The notes under the pieces: generated by a model | Seen by the model: the letters and a program-made list of their open reading frames with translations, nothing else | What the model was told of the DNA's origin: nothing | Database searches by the model: none | Position numbers and translations under genes: made by a program | Assembly: GCA_963716045.1 (NCBI GenBank) | Contig: CAVQSS010000006.1 | Span: forward strand, 1,743 to 65,742 | Length of the DNA: 64,000 nt | Direction of reading: 5' to 3' | Source: an uncultured delta proteobacterium | GTDB lineage: Bacteria; Desulfobacterota; RBG-13-43-22 | In this document: one piece after another, positions 35,746 to 45,422 of the stretch | Layout: every line of letters starts with the position of its first letter | Position numbering within the stretch: position 1 is the first letter of the stretch

Positions 35746-35776
35746 ATAAAGCCAACCCTTTTGGAGTTGGCTTTAT
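35746..35776 (-). terminator. 11-bp perfect hairpin in the 5' leader downstream of the sigma54 promoter (terminator/attenuator-like)
   Basis: ATAAAGCCAAC / GTTGGCTTTAT with a 9-nt loop. On the minus strand it is followed by ACUUUUG. Confidence 0.4.
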
Positions 35777-35818
35777 GAGAAAAGGAGAAAAGAGATTGTT
35801 TACTTGTCTTTCTATGAT

Positions 35819-35834
35819 TGCATAAGGCATGCCA
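35819..35834 (-). promoter_or_regulatory. sigma54 (-24/-12) promoter
   Basis: The minus strand reads TGGCATGCCTTATGCA, against the consensus TGGCACG-N4-TTGCW. The GG-N10-GC spacing is exact. It lies ~190 nt upstream of ATG 35627 and directly downstream of an NtrC-type activator gene. Confidence 0.7.
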
Positions 35835-36040
35835 ACTTCCCTATTTATCTGAAAATATAATATAACTTACTGATATATTTAAATTTATACAATTTGGTTG
35901 TTAGGCGACTGGAAGGAAACTCTCCTCAAATAATTGAAACAAGTTCGAAAAATTGAACGGACCAACGGGCTTCTCCTGGGGCAAGAAACAATAACTATTT
36001 GATTAAATTATATAATTTTTGTTCAATAATTTGAACATCG

Positions 36041-37408
36041 CTATTGGTCCAGATTGAACTTCTTGATCTTATAAAAAAGCAAGTTTCGGGCAATCCCCAA
36101 TAGATCCGCCGCATGGGATTGAACATGACTTGTTTTGGCTAAGGCGTCGAGGATCATTTTCTTTTCTACCATCTCCAGGACTTCATTCAGCTTCAAACCC
36201 GGGGGAATAATCTGGTCAGCCGACCAGTCCTGGCTTGTCTGGCCCTTGGGCTGGATAGGAAGGTCCTCCACGCGAATCAAAGAACCGGAGGCCAGGATAA
36301 CGGCCCGCTCGAGCATATTCTCCAATTCCCGGATATTCCCCGGCCAGGGGTAATCCATGATGACGGTCATCGCCTCGGGACTCAGGGTGGGGGTCTCTTT
36401 ATTCAGTTCTTTGGAAAAACGCTCCAGAAAATAACGAGTCAGCAAAGGCAGATCGTCCCGCCGGTCTCTTAAGGGCGGTACCTCGATGTGGACTACGTTT
36501 AGTCGATAATATAAGTCCTCCCGGAAGGCCCCTCGGGGGATTTCCTCTTTCAGGTCCCGGTTGGAAGCGGCTATCAAGCGTACATCCACCTTGATGGTTT
36601 TATTGCCGCCCACCCGTTCAAATTCCCGGTTTTGCAAAACCCGCAACAGGGTGACCTGAACGCTGGGGGCCATTTCTCCCACCTCATCCAAGAACAGGGT
36701 CCCCCCATCGGCGATTTCGAATCGGCCCTTCCGTTGGCTGGTGGCCCCGGTAAAGGACCCCCGTTCGTGACCGAACAATTCACTTTCCAACAAGGTTTCC
36801 GCTAAAGCCGAGCAGTTGACCGAAATCAGGGGCTTGTCTCTCCGGGGACTCTGGGCGTGAATGGCCCGGGCCACCAATTCCTTGCCGGTGCCGGACTCTC
36901 CGGTAACCAGGACCGTCGCCTTGGTCACAGCCACCTTCTGAATGAGATCGCGAACCTGTTGAATGGGCGGGCTATTTCCAATTAAATCCGAGGGTCCGAA
37001 TTTAGCCTTTAATTCCTGGGAAAGAAAACGGTTCTCCTTGATCACCCTCCACATTTTTAAGGCCGTGGCAACGGTTTTCTTCAAGCTTTCGTTGTCGAAC
37101 GGTTTGGAAATATAATCAAAAGCCCCTTTCTTCATGGCCTCAACCGCTTTTTCCACGGTGCCGAAGGCGGTCATCATAACCACCGGCAATTGAGGATCTT
37201 TCTGCTTCAGTTTTTCCAATAACTCCAAACCGCTCATCCCCGGCATTTTCATATCGGTGACGACCAAGTCCAATTCCGTTTCGTTAAGCATTGCCAAAGC
37301 GTTGGCGCCGGATTGGGCCGTCAACACCTCGTAGCCCTCATCGACCAGCAATTCCTTCAGCACCAGGAGATAATTTTTTTCGTCGTCAACAACTAATAAG
37401 GTTTCCAT
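36041..37408 (-). CDS. sigma54-dependent Fis-family response regulator (NtrC type)
   Basis: REC domain (DDEKNYL...D..MPGMSG), AAA+ domain (GESGTGKE, GSFTGA, FLDEVGEM, ESELFGHE) and a C-terminal HTH. Confidence 0.9.
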   Translation of the reverse strand: METLLVVDDEKNYLLVLKELLVDEGYEVLTAQSGANALAMLNETELDLVVTDMKMPGMSGLELLEKLKQKDPQLPVVMMTAFGTVEKAVEAMKKGAFDYISKPFDNESLKKTVATALKMWRVIKENRFLSQELKAKFGPSDLIGNSPPIQQVRDLIQKVAVTKATVLVTGESGTGKELVARAIHAQSPRRDKPLISVNCSALAETLLESELFGHERGSFTGATSQRKGRFEIADGGTLFLDEVGEMAPSVQVTLLRVLQNREFERVGGNKTIKVDVRLIAASNRDLKEEIPRGAFREDLYYRLNVVHIEVPPLRDRRDDLPLLTRYFLERFSKELNKETPTLSPEAMTVIMDYPWPGNIRELENMLERAVILASGSLIRVEDLPIQPKGQTSQDWSADQIIPPGLKLNEVLEMVEKKMILDALAKTSHVQSHAADLLGIARNLLFYKIKKFNLDQ

Positions 37409-37558
37409 TTGTTTCGGCCTTCGACGGACTCAGTCGAGTCGATTTCGTGTTTCGGATTTATAGGTTTTTATTAAACCCCCAGGCCCCGCCTAAGGGACAC
37501 CCGTGATTCATGAAAATAGTTTATCTATTCGTTGTTTCGTAGCTACGAAACCAGATAA

Positions 37559-37600
37559 CATTAATAATTAATAATCAATTGTTAATTATTAATTATTAAC
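37559..37600. repeat. family A AT-rich repeat
   Basis: cattaataattaataatcaattgttaattattaattattaac, between the kinase and regulator genes. Confidence 0.75.
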
Positions 37601-37606
37601 GGGTGT

Positions 37607-39053
37607 TCAGCCAGTAGTCGCCCGGGGCAAGACGATCCGGACCGCCACGCCTCCCTGGGCACTATTCTCCAGCCTAATCCTGCCCTGATGGGCCTCTATG
37701 GTATTTTTAACAATTGCCAGGCCCAGTCCACTTCCTTTTTCTTTGGTAGTAAAAAAGGGATCAAAGGCTTTTTCCAGGGCCTCCGGGGAAAGACCCGATC
37801 CGGTATCACTAATCTCCACTTCCACTTCTTGGGGATGGTGGCGGACGGCCAGGCTCAAGGTTCCTCCTTCCGGCATGGCCTGCAGCGCGTTGAGCAGGAT
37901 ATTCAGAAAAGTCCGGTAGAGTAGATCCGGATCCGCGAAGAGGGGCTGCCTCGAGAGGGGAAGGGATTTGGTGATCGTTATTCCCTTCTTCTGAATCTCC
38001 GGTTCCAGGAATTGCAGATTTTTTTCCAAAAGCCTTCCCAATTCAACCGGTTGATATTGTACTACCTGCGGACGGGCAAAATCCAGGAATTCAGTGACGA
38101 TCCGGTTTAAACGCACCGACTCTTCACCAATTACGGAGGCCAGTTGGTTTTCCGGATCGTATTGCCTGACCTTTTTTTCAAGCAAGTCGGCAGTGCTGCG
38201 GATGATCCCTAAAGGATTTTTAATTTCGTGGGAAACCGAAGCGATCATCGCTCCCAGGCTGGCCATTCTTTCGGACTGGTGCAACTTTTCCACTAGTTTT
38301 TTGCGTTCCTCCGCCCTTTTTTCAATGATCGTTTCCCCCCGTTTGACAATAAAGAGCAAAACGACAAACAATAGGAGAAACAAGGAGACGGAAATCAGGA
38401 CCAACAGGTATTGGTCCCAGAGGATATCCTGGTAATCGCCGGAAATGTCCTGGGTAATTTCAAAGACCCCCAAAATCTGACCGTCCCGTTTGGCCGTCGG
38501 GCTTTCCACCCGGAAAGGGATAGTGGTGATCAACTTCTTGGTCGGCGGGATCTCCCGGGGCCAGACCTCCAAAAAAACATCCTCGCTGATCAGCCGGGAG
38601 CTGTGTTGACCTTTCATGGCCTTACGGTAGTCTGTGCCGCCCACCTCTTTTTTCCCGACCAGACTTCGGTCGGTGCTGTAGGCCAGGACATTCCGGGGGT
38701 CATAGATATTTACTGTTTCGATCTTGAAACTGAACAGGGTATTGCGGATAAGCTGATCGAGGTGATTGAATTGATCCGTGTTTCTCAATTGAACCTGGCC
38801 GAACTTAAAGGTCACCGGGACCACGAAGTTAAAAAAAACCTGGTGGTTTAGATTTTCAGCCAGGAGCAGAGCGAAGGCCTCGGTTTTCTTCAGCAGCGCC
38901 TTTTCCGAGCGCTGAGTGATCAGATAAGCCAGGGAAAAGGCAAAGATCAGCATGACCAGGAAGCTGCTCAGGAAAAAGTACTTGACCAGCTTGAAAGGTT
39001 TTACACTGTCCGGGTTTACCTTGTTGGATTTAATGGGGAATTCCTTTCTTCAT
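37607..39053 (-). CDS. sensor histidine kinase (frameshift near 39043-39047 at the N-terminus)
   Basis: HisKA SHEIKNPL and HATPase motifs (N box LNILLNA, G boxes DTGSG and GSGLGL). The true start is probably ATG 39053 (MKKEFPIKSNK...), joined after removing one base. The track ORF starts at 38953. Confidence 0.8.
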
Positions 39054-39112
39054 ACGTACCTTGACTATCCGAAACACCTTTGAACGGTTCTTAAAAAGGC
39101 ACCAAAACTGGT

Positions 39113-39350
39113 TATTGTCATTCTGAGTACATTCGCTTCGCTCAGTATGAACTCCGCGAAGAATCTCTGGTTTTCAACAAGTCACGATATCAGATCCTTC
39201 CCGAGTCTATTCTGAGCCGAAGACCGAGATCCTTCGCGGAGTCTACCCCGCTGGGAGGTCCGAGATCCTTCGCTTCGCTCAGGATGACAAGAGCGGGGCT
39301 CAGGATGACAGGCGAAGGACTCAGGATGACCAACGCGGGGCTCAGGGTGA
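39113..39350. repeat. family B repeat cluster
   Basis: GTCATTCTGAG, CTCAGGATGAC and GAGATCCTTCGC units repeated about 6 times. Confidence 0.75.
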
Positions 39351-39365
39351 AAAAGGAAGGGGTTA

Positions 39366-40805
39366 TTAAAGCTTATATTTCCCTTCGCTTTTCATGAAGG
39401 GTCCCCAGCCCTGTATTTGGTCCTCGAAACCTTTTCGGCCCAATAAGGCATAGGCCAGCACCTTCCCCTGTTCCACCCCGGGTTGATCCAGGGGGTCGAT
39501 GGTCAGGAGCTGTCCGCAAAGATAGGTTTCGAGTTCTAAGAGAAACAACAACTGCCCGACGGTGAAGGGGTTGATTCTCGGCAAGATAATCAAAAGACTG
39601 GGACGGCCATTTTTTGCCAGGCTCATCCGGGTAGCCTGTAATTCGGCCTGGATCAACTCGTTTAAAGAGTGCCCGCCCAAGCAGGCCAGCGCTTCGGTCT
39701 CGGGGTACATTTTGGGGATGGGCAGCAACCCCGCATAATTTTTTACCCCCACCAGGGTCAGCACTTTGTCGGGAGGCCCTTCCAGATACAATTGCAATTG
39801 CGAATGTTGGTCCGTGGCGCCTAAGGCTACAATGGGGGTCTGCCCGGTCGAAACCTCCTGGCCCTGTTGGTTAAACCGTTTTCCCAGACTCTCGGCCCAA
39901 AGCTGGACAAACCATTCCCCGACGCCTTTTAAGGCATCCACATAGGGCATAAAGACCCGGATGGATTTTTGCTTCTTTTGATAGGCCAGGTAGGCCAAGG
40001 CAGCGCCAAGGCAGGCGGGGTTTTTCAGGACCTCTTCATTCCGGCAGCGTTGTTCCATTTCCCGGGCACCGGCCAGAAGTTCACTGATGTCGATACCCAC
40101 CATGGCCGCCGGCAACAACCCCACGGCGGAAAATACGGAAAACCTTCCACCCAGCAGAGGGGGGATTGAAAAACTGGCGATTTGTTCGTCCTGGGCGATC
40201 TTCCGCAGAATTCCTTTGGTCGGATCGGTGGTAATCACCAGATGGTCCACTTCCTTCTTATTCCCCAATCGTTTTTTGAGGATCTCGCGGACGATCAGAA
40301 ACTGACTCATGGTTTCGGCCGTCCCACCGGATTTGCTGATCACGTTGAAAAGGGTTTTTCGGATATCGACCATGTCCAGCAGGGCCTTAAAGCCGTCGGG
40401 ATCCACATTGTCGCAGACGAAAAGACGGGAAAAGCCCTTGCGCATGGTACGCGACTGCAGGTTGTAGTGAGGATGGTTCAAGGCAGTTTGCAGGGCCCTG
40501 GTCCCCAGCGCCGACCCACCGATCCCCAATACCACAAAATTTTCCACCCAGCCTTTAACCTGGCGGGTATATTTTTTGAGCTCGTTGATCAGGGAAGGAT
40601 GGAAGGGCATCGTTAAAAAAGGAAGCTGGTCATCGGTTCGCTTCTTCGAAAGGTCCTGATGAATCTCCTGGAACCTGGGGATCAAGGCCTTGATTTCCTC
40701 CTCGATAATTCCCGCCCCCGGATCCAACGGAGGGGCCATCATCAGGTTATAATCCAGTTCCAACTTCATTTCTTCCACCCAACTTGGATCCTGCCACCGT
40801 TTCAT
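39366..40805 (-). CDS. pgi: glucose-6-phosphate isomerase
   Basis: VLGIGGSALG, SKSGGTAET, GGRFSV and the LGATDQHSQLQL motif. Met 40805 is preceded by GAGGGAG. The upstream extension to 40997 overlaps the next gene and is rejected. Confidence 0.85.
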   Translation of the reverse strand: MKRWQDPSWVEEMKLELDYNLMMAPPLDPGAGIIEEEIKALIPRFQEIHQDLSKKRTDDQLPFLTMPFHPSLINELKKYTRQVKGWVENFVVLGIGGSALGTRALQTALNHPHYNLQSRTMRKGFSRLFVCDNVDPDGFKALLDMVDIRKTLFNVISKSGGTAETMSQFLIVREILKKRLGNKKEVDHLVITTDPTKGILRKIAQDEQIASFSIPPLLGGRFSVFSAVGLLPAAMVGIDISELLAGAREMEQRCRNEEVLKNPACLGAALAYLAYQKKQKSIRVFMPYVDALKGVGEWFVQLWAESLGKRFNQQGQEVSTGQTPIVALGATDQHSQLQLYLEGPPDKVLTLVGVKNYAGLLPIPKMYPETEALACLGGHSLNELIQAELQATRMSLAKNGRPSLLIILPRINPFTVGQLLFLLELETYLCGQLLTIDPLDQPGVEQGKVLAYALLGRKGFEDQIQGWGPFMKSEGKYKL

Positions 40806-40993
40806 GGAGTTACGCTCCCTCAAAATATAATGCCAACAAGGTTTATCCCCTGATTGGCTCAAAAACCTGTTCCACTTAACTAACCTACAACTCCTTTCGA
40901 AGCACCTTATTAGCGCTTGGGAGCAGGGGGGATTTGCAGAGCCCAGCCTTTCTTTCAGTTTCCTTGTGGAGCTGAGACTCCATGTACCAGGCG

Positions 40994-41311
40994 TCAAGGC
41001 GTTTCAGTTAAGACAACCCGGCTGTCAAACCGCAAGACCTTAAGGCCTAAACCGGATGAATATTGGTCACGGTGTTTATCCTTTTGGAGATGATTTCCCT
41101 CCAAGTGCTGGGATCCGTCCACCTCTACAACCAACTTTACCCTGGGGGCGAAAAAATCAACGATATGCCGACCTAGGGGTTTTTGTCTATAAAACTGTAC
41201 CCCGAGAATTCGTTTCCCCGCAGGCGATGCCACAGATCTTGTTCACTCTCTGTTAGGTTCCTGCCGTAAATCTCGGGCCGGAATTCTTAGATTTTCCGAA
41301 TACCGCAGCAT
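40994..41311 (-). pseudogene. DUF559 (endonuclease-like) family gene broken by two frameshifts
   Basis: Three frames together give ARDLRQEPTESEQDLWHRLRGNEFSG / FYRQKPLGRHIVDFFAPRVKLVVEVDGSQH...LRF, the typical DUF559 pattern. Confidence 0.6.
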
Positions 41312-41431
41312 GCCTGACTCCGGGTTTAAATCCCCCTAAACCCCCCTTTTTCTAAGAGGGGAGTTTAATAATCCCCTGCCTTTAAGAACATAGGTAACCC
41401 TTTTGACCTAACATGATATATCCGAAATACC

Positions 41432-41870
41432 TCACTTCTCGGAGACACGCACCGCCAGCGCCTGGGCGTGGCGATTGGTGAAGAGCCAGTAGTCCCGGCC
41501 CTCCCCGAAATGGAATTCCCAGGCCGAAGAGGAATCTTCCTGTTCCGAAGACCAGGCACAGCAACCGGATAATTTAAAGGCGGAGATCCAGGACCCCCGG
41601 CTCCTAGATCCCTGAAGTTCGGCCCGGGTCGGCAGCCGCCAGTCCGAGAAACCTCCCAGTTTTAAACTTCCGGCATATTCCCCGGCCTGGTGCCAGGTCA
41701 TCCTCTCCCCGGGATCGGGTGCCCATTGCCGGCCGGTCCGGTTGTCGGTGATGATTCCCAGGGTGACCGGTTGAAATCGATCTTTTTCTTCGATCCGGGT
41801 TGGTTTCCCCGCAACCGAACAGCAGGAGCGCTAAAAAGACCCCACACCCTACTCGGTTCAATCCATCCAT
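41432..41870 (-). CDS. DUF1566 (Lcl C-terminal domain) lipoprotein, frameshifted at C-run 41807-41810
   Basis: Lipobox LLLFGC in ORF 41604-41870 and MTWHQAGEYAGSLKLGGFSDWRLPTRAEL in ORF 41432-41701. They join through the frame reading GKPTRIEEKDRFQPVTLGIITDNRTGRQW. Confidence 0.6.
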
Positions 41871-41904
41871 TCCCGGCCTTTATTGACACGAAAATAGCCT
41901 TTCA

Positions 41905-41985
41905 AATCCCCCTAAATCCCCCTTTACTAAAGGGGGACTTTGACTCCCCCCTTAAGAAAAAGGGGGGCTGGGGGGGATTTCTAGC
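41905..41985. repeat. family E repeat (CCCCCTTTAnnAAGGGGGA hairpin units)
   Basis: atccccctaaatccccctttactaaagggggactttgactccccccttaagaaaaagggggg. A related copy lies at 41325-41375. Confidence 0.65.
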
Positions 41986-42039
41986 TTCGGTGCGCCCCTC
42001 TAAACACGAAGATCTATAAAAACGGAAGGGTTTTAATTA

Positions 42040-42106
42040 AGAACATTTGAATTTCGGATTTTCGAGCTTGTTTCGGATTTCGTACTTCGAATTTCGAATT
42101 TGAAGT
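42040..42106. repeat. family D repeat
   Basis: tttgaatttcggattttcgagcttgtttcggatttcgtacttcgaatttcgaatttgaag. Confidence 0.7.
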
Positions 42107-42125
42107 CTTGCATACTATCATTACC

Positions 42126-43472
42126 CTACCCCTTCTCCGGATTCAACCTCTTTCTCCAAAAAGCCAGCCGTTCCCCCACCGTTTTTTCATACCCCCGGTC
42201 CGTGGGCCGGTAATACTTCCGGCCTATCAAGGCTTCCGGCAGATACTCCTGAGGCGCCAGGGCCTCGGGATAATCATGGGCATAACGGTATCCCCGACCG
42301 TATCCCAACCCTTTCATCAGCTTGGTTGGGGCATTGCGGATGTGCAACGGTACCGGGAGGGACTGGGTTTTGGCTATATCCTCCTGAACCGCGCCGTAAC
42401 CCCGGTAGAGGGCGTTGCTCTTAGGGGCCGTAGCCAGATAAACCGCGGCCTGGACCAGGGCCAGTTCGCCCTCGGGCGATCCCAGGAAATGGTAGGCCTC
42501 TTTAGCCGCCAGGGCTTGGGATAAGGCCTGGGGATCAGCCAGCCCCACATCTTCCGTGGCGAAACGAATCAACCGGCGGGCGATAAACAGGGGGTCTTCC
42601 CCGGCAGTGAGCATGCGGGCCAGCCAGTAGAGGGCGGCATCCGGATCGCTGCCCCGCAGGCTTTTATGAAGGGCCGAGATGAGGTTATAATGCTCTTCCC
42701 CGGCCTTATCATATTGGAGGGCCTTTTTCTGGATGGCCTCCTCCATGACCGCCAGGGTGATCCGGGGACCCTCCGGCGCCTCCGGGTTGGTTAAGGCCTG
42801 GGCCTGTTCCAGGGTGTTCAGGGCGATGCGGGCATCGCCATCCGCCTTCCACTTCAGCAGCTCCAGGGCCTCGGGATCGATGGTCAATGGAGAATGTCCC
42901 AGCCCCCGCTCCGGATCGACAAGGGCCTGGTCGATAATCTTTCCCAGGTCTTCGGCGGCCAGTCGTTTCAGCACCAAGACCTTGGTCCGGGAGAGCAGCG
43001 GGGCGATCATTTCAAAAGAGGGATTCTCGGTAGTCGCCCCGACCAGAGTGATCAGTCCCCGCTCCACGTGCGGCAGGAAGGCGTCCTGCTGGGCCTTGTT
43101 GAAACGGTGAATTTCGTCCACGAAAAGAATGGTTTTCCGGTTTTCAGCCCGCAACCGCTCCTCGGCCTCCTTGACTACTTCCCGAAGCTCCTTGACTCCG
43201 GAAAGCACTGCGGAAAACTGGACGAAATGCGCCTTGGAGTAGAGGGCGACCATCCGGGCCAAGGTCGTTTTCCCGGACCCCGGGGGTCCCCATAAGAGGA
43301 CGGAAAAAATCCGGCCGCTTTCCAGCATGCTCCGCAGGAATTTCCCCGGGCCCAATAGATGGTTTTGCCCGATAAATTCCTCCAGCCTGCGAGGCCGCAT
43401 TCGCTCGGCTAAGGGCACGTTCTCCCACCTCTCCCTTTTCTCAGTTAGCGACAAATCCTTTATCATTTCCAT
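42126..43472 (-). CDS. rarA: replication-associated recombination protein A (AAA ATPase)
   Basis: Walker A GPPGSGKTTLA, Walker B FVDEIHRFNK, and the MgsA C-terminal region YDKAGEEHYNLISALHKS. Confidence 0.9.
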   Translation of the reverse strand: MEMIKDLSLTEKRERWENVPLAERMRPRRLEEFIGQNHLLGPGKFLRSMLESGRIFSVLLWGPPGSGKTTLARMVALYSKAHFVQFSAVLSGVKELREVVKEAEERLRAENRKTILFVDEIHRFNKAQQDAFLPHVERGLITLVGATTENPSFEMIAPLLSRTKVLVLKRLAAEDLGKIIDQALVDPERGLGHSPLTIDPEALELLKWKADGDARIALNTLEQAQALTNPEAPEGPRITLAVMEEAIQKKALQYDKAGEEHYNLISALHKSLRGSDPDAALYWLARMLTAGEDPLFIARRLIRFATEDVGLADPQALSQALAAKEAYHFLGSPEGELALVQAAVYLATAPKSNALYRGYGAVQEDIAKTQSLPVPLHIRNAPTKLMKGLGYGRGYRYAHDYPEALAPQEYLPEALIGRKYYRPTDRGYEKTVGERLAFWRKRLNPEKG

Positions 43473-43567
43473 CGTATCCCCAACCGGCCCTCTCTCTTTT
43501 TTCTCTCTTCTGTTTCTTCTCTTCCTCTCTCTGTTTCTCTTCTTCTTCTTTCTCTTCCCTCTTCGTC

Positions 43568-44274
43568 TTAACTTTCCCCCAAATATGCCCGACGAACGGC
43601 ATCCTGGGCCAGCAGATCCGGCCCTTTTCCTTCCAGGACAATCCGGCCGATCTCCAGCACGTACGCGTAATCGGCTACTTCCAGCGCCCCCCAGGCATTT
43701 TGCTCGATGAGCAGAATGGTGGTCCCCGCCTCATGTATTTTCCGGATCACACCGAAAACCTCGGCCACCAACTGGGGCGCCAGTCCCAGCGAAGGTTCAT
43801 CCATCATCAGTAGCTTTGGGGAGGCCATCAGGGCCCGACCCAGGGCCAACATCTGCTGTTCCCCTCCGGAAAGGGTCCCGGCCCGCTGACGCTTCCGGTC
43901 TTCCAACCGGGGGAATACGGAGTAAACCCACTCCAGGTCTTTTTTAAAGGCAGCATCCCGCGGGCGGGAGTAGGCCCCCAGTTTCAGGTTTTCCAGGACT
44001 GAAAGATTGGAAAAGACCTTGCGCCCCTCCGGCACCAGGCTGATGCCCAACCGAGTGATGTCATGGACCGGCTTCCGGGTTATTTCCTGTCCCTGGAAGG
44101 ATATCCTCCCCCCACCGGGCGCACCAGGCCGGCCACCGTCCGCAGGGTCGTACTTTTCCCGGCCCCGTTGGCCCCGATCAAAGTGACGATTCGTCCTTGG
44201 GGGACCTTGAAAGAGATACCCTTCAGGCCTTCGATACCCTGATAGCGGACCTGGAGATCAGTGACTTCGAGCAC
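43568..44274 (-). CDS. livF: ABC transporter ATP-binding protein (LivF family), frameshifted in C-run 44109-44114
   Basis: Walker A GANGAGKST lies in ORF 44080-44274. LSGGEQQML and LLMMDEPS lie in ORF 43568-44050. They join as ...RPVGG(G)RISFQGQEITRKPVHDITRLGISLVPEGR. Confidence 0.8.
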
Positions 44275-44293
44275 GGGGTGGATTGGTTCTTTC

Positions 44294-44634
44294 TAATTAG
44301 TAATTAAGAATTGACTATTGATTATTGGCCCCGGTGCCGGTTAAGGAGGCCATTTTCGCACTAAACCCCCCATGCCCCAGGGGGGGCACACCAACGCATG
44401 AAACTATCCGGCATACTGGTCATTGCGAGAAAGAGAAGCGACGAAGCAATCCCCCAGTTAGATTACAACGCTCCCCAAGCTCATCGGGGGATTGCTTCGC
44501 TTCGCTCGCAATGACGGGAGGGGGCGGCCACCCCAAATGAACGTCGAACATTGAACATCGAACGCCCAACTCCGAATGAAAAACAACCCTCCATTAAACA
44601 TTCGATGTTGGAAGTTCGATGTTCGACGTTCCTA
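44294..44634. repeat. composite repeat region
   Basis: Contents: family A (44294-44327), a diverged GGCC..GGTGCC...ACTAAACCCC...GCATGAAA module (44326-44412), the inverted repeat CATTGCGAG...GGGGATTGCTTCG...CTCGCAATGAC (44420-44515) and a family C hairpin (44543-44627). Confidence 0.7.
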
Positions 44635-45422
44635 CTAATTCCCTATTCCGGCAGCCCTTTTTTGCTTCCTCCCCAGATAGGCCTCGATCACCCGGGGGTC
44701 ATGCTGAATTTCCCGGGGTGTTCCCTCGGCAATCGTGGCCCCATAGTCCAGGACCTTCACCCATCGCAGAGCCCGGCCACAAAGCGCATATCGTGTTCGA
44801 TCACCAGGACGGACAGGTCAAAATCACGGCGGATTTGACGGATAAGATCCATCAGCCCCTCAGTTTCCCTGGGGTTCATGCCGGCGGCCGGTTCATCCAA
44901 CAGTAGTAGTTGCGGCCGGGTGGCCAGGGCCCTGGCGATCTCCAGCTTCCGCTGCTGGCCGTAGGTCAGGGAGCGGGCCGGGGCTTCCGCCTTCTCCGCC
45001 AGTCCCATCCGTTCCAGGATACCCCGAGCCTCGCGCTGCATGGATCCCTCTTCCTGGCGATAGCGGGGGTATTGGAAAACCGCCCCCCAGAAAGAGGATC
45101 GCAGGCGGCCGTGAAAGGCCATCAAAACGTTTTCCAGCACGGTCATCTCCGGCAGCAGGCGGATGTTCTGAAAGGTACGTCCTATTCCCTCCCGGCAAAC
45201 GGCGTGGGGCGGCCAGCCGGTAATCTCCCGGCCGTTGAAACGGATCAGCCCAGTCCGGGGTTTCAGTACTCCGGTAATCAGATTGAACACCGTAGTTTTT
45301 CCGGCCCCGTTCGGTCCGATCAGCCCCATGATCTTCCCCAAACCCACCTGCCAGGAAAAATCGTTGACGGCCATCAGCCCTTCAAATGAAAGCGTCAGGT
45401 GACGGATCTCCAGCAGGGTCAT
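44635..45422 (-). CDS. livG: ABC transporter ATP-binding protein (LivG family), frameshifted at C-run 44760-44762
   Basis: MTLLEIRHL..., Walker [10 protein letters not shown], signature [17 protein letters not shown]. The C-terminus [30 protein letters not shown] lies in another frame. The ATG overlaps the livM stop. Confidence 0.8.

Noticed and set aside
39366-40997. The full 543-aa extent of the pgi ORF.
   Set aside because: The N-terminal 64 codons overlap the DUF559 gene region and have no PGI similarity. Met 40805 has a GAGGGAG SD and gives a typical PGI length.
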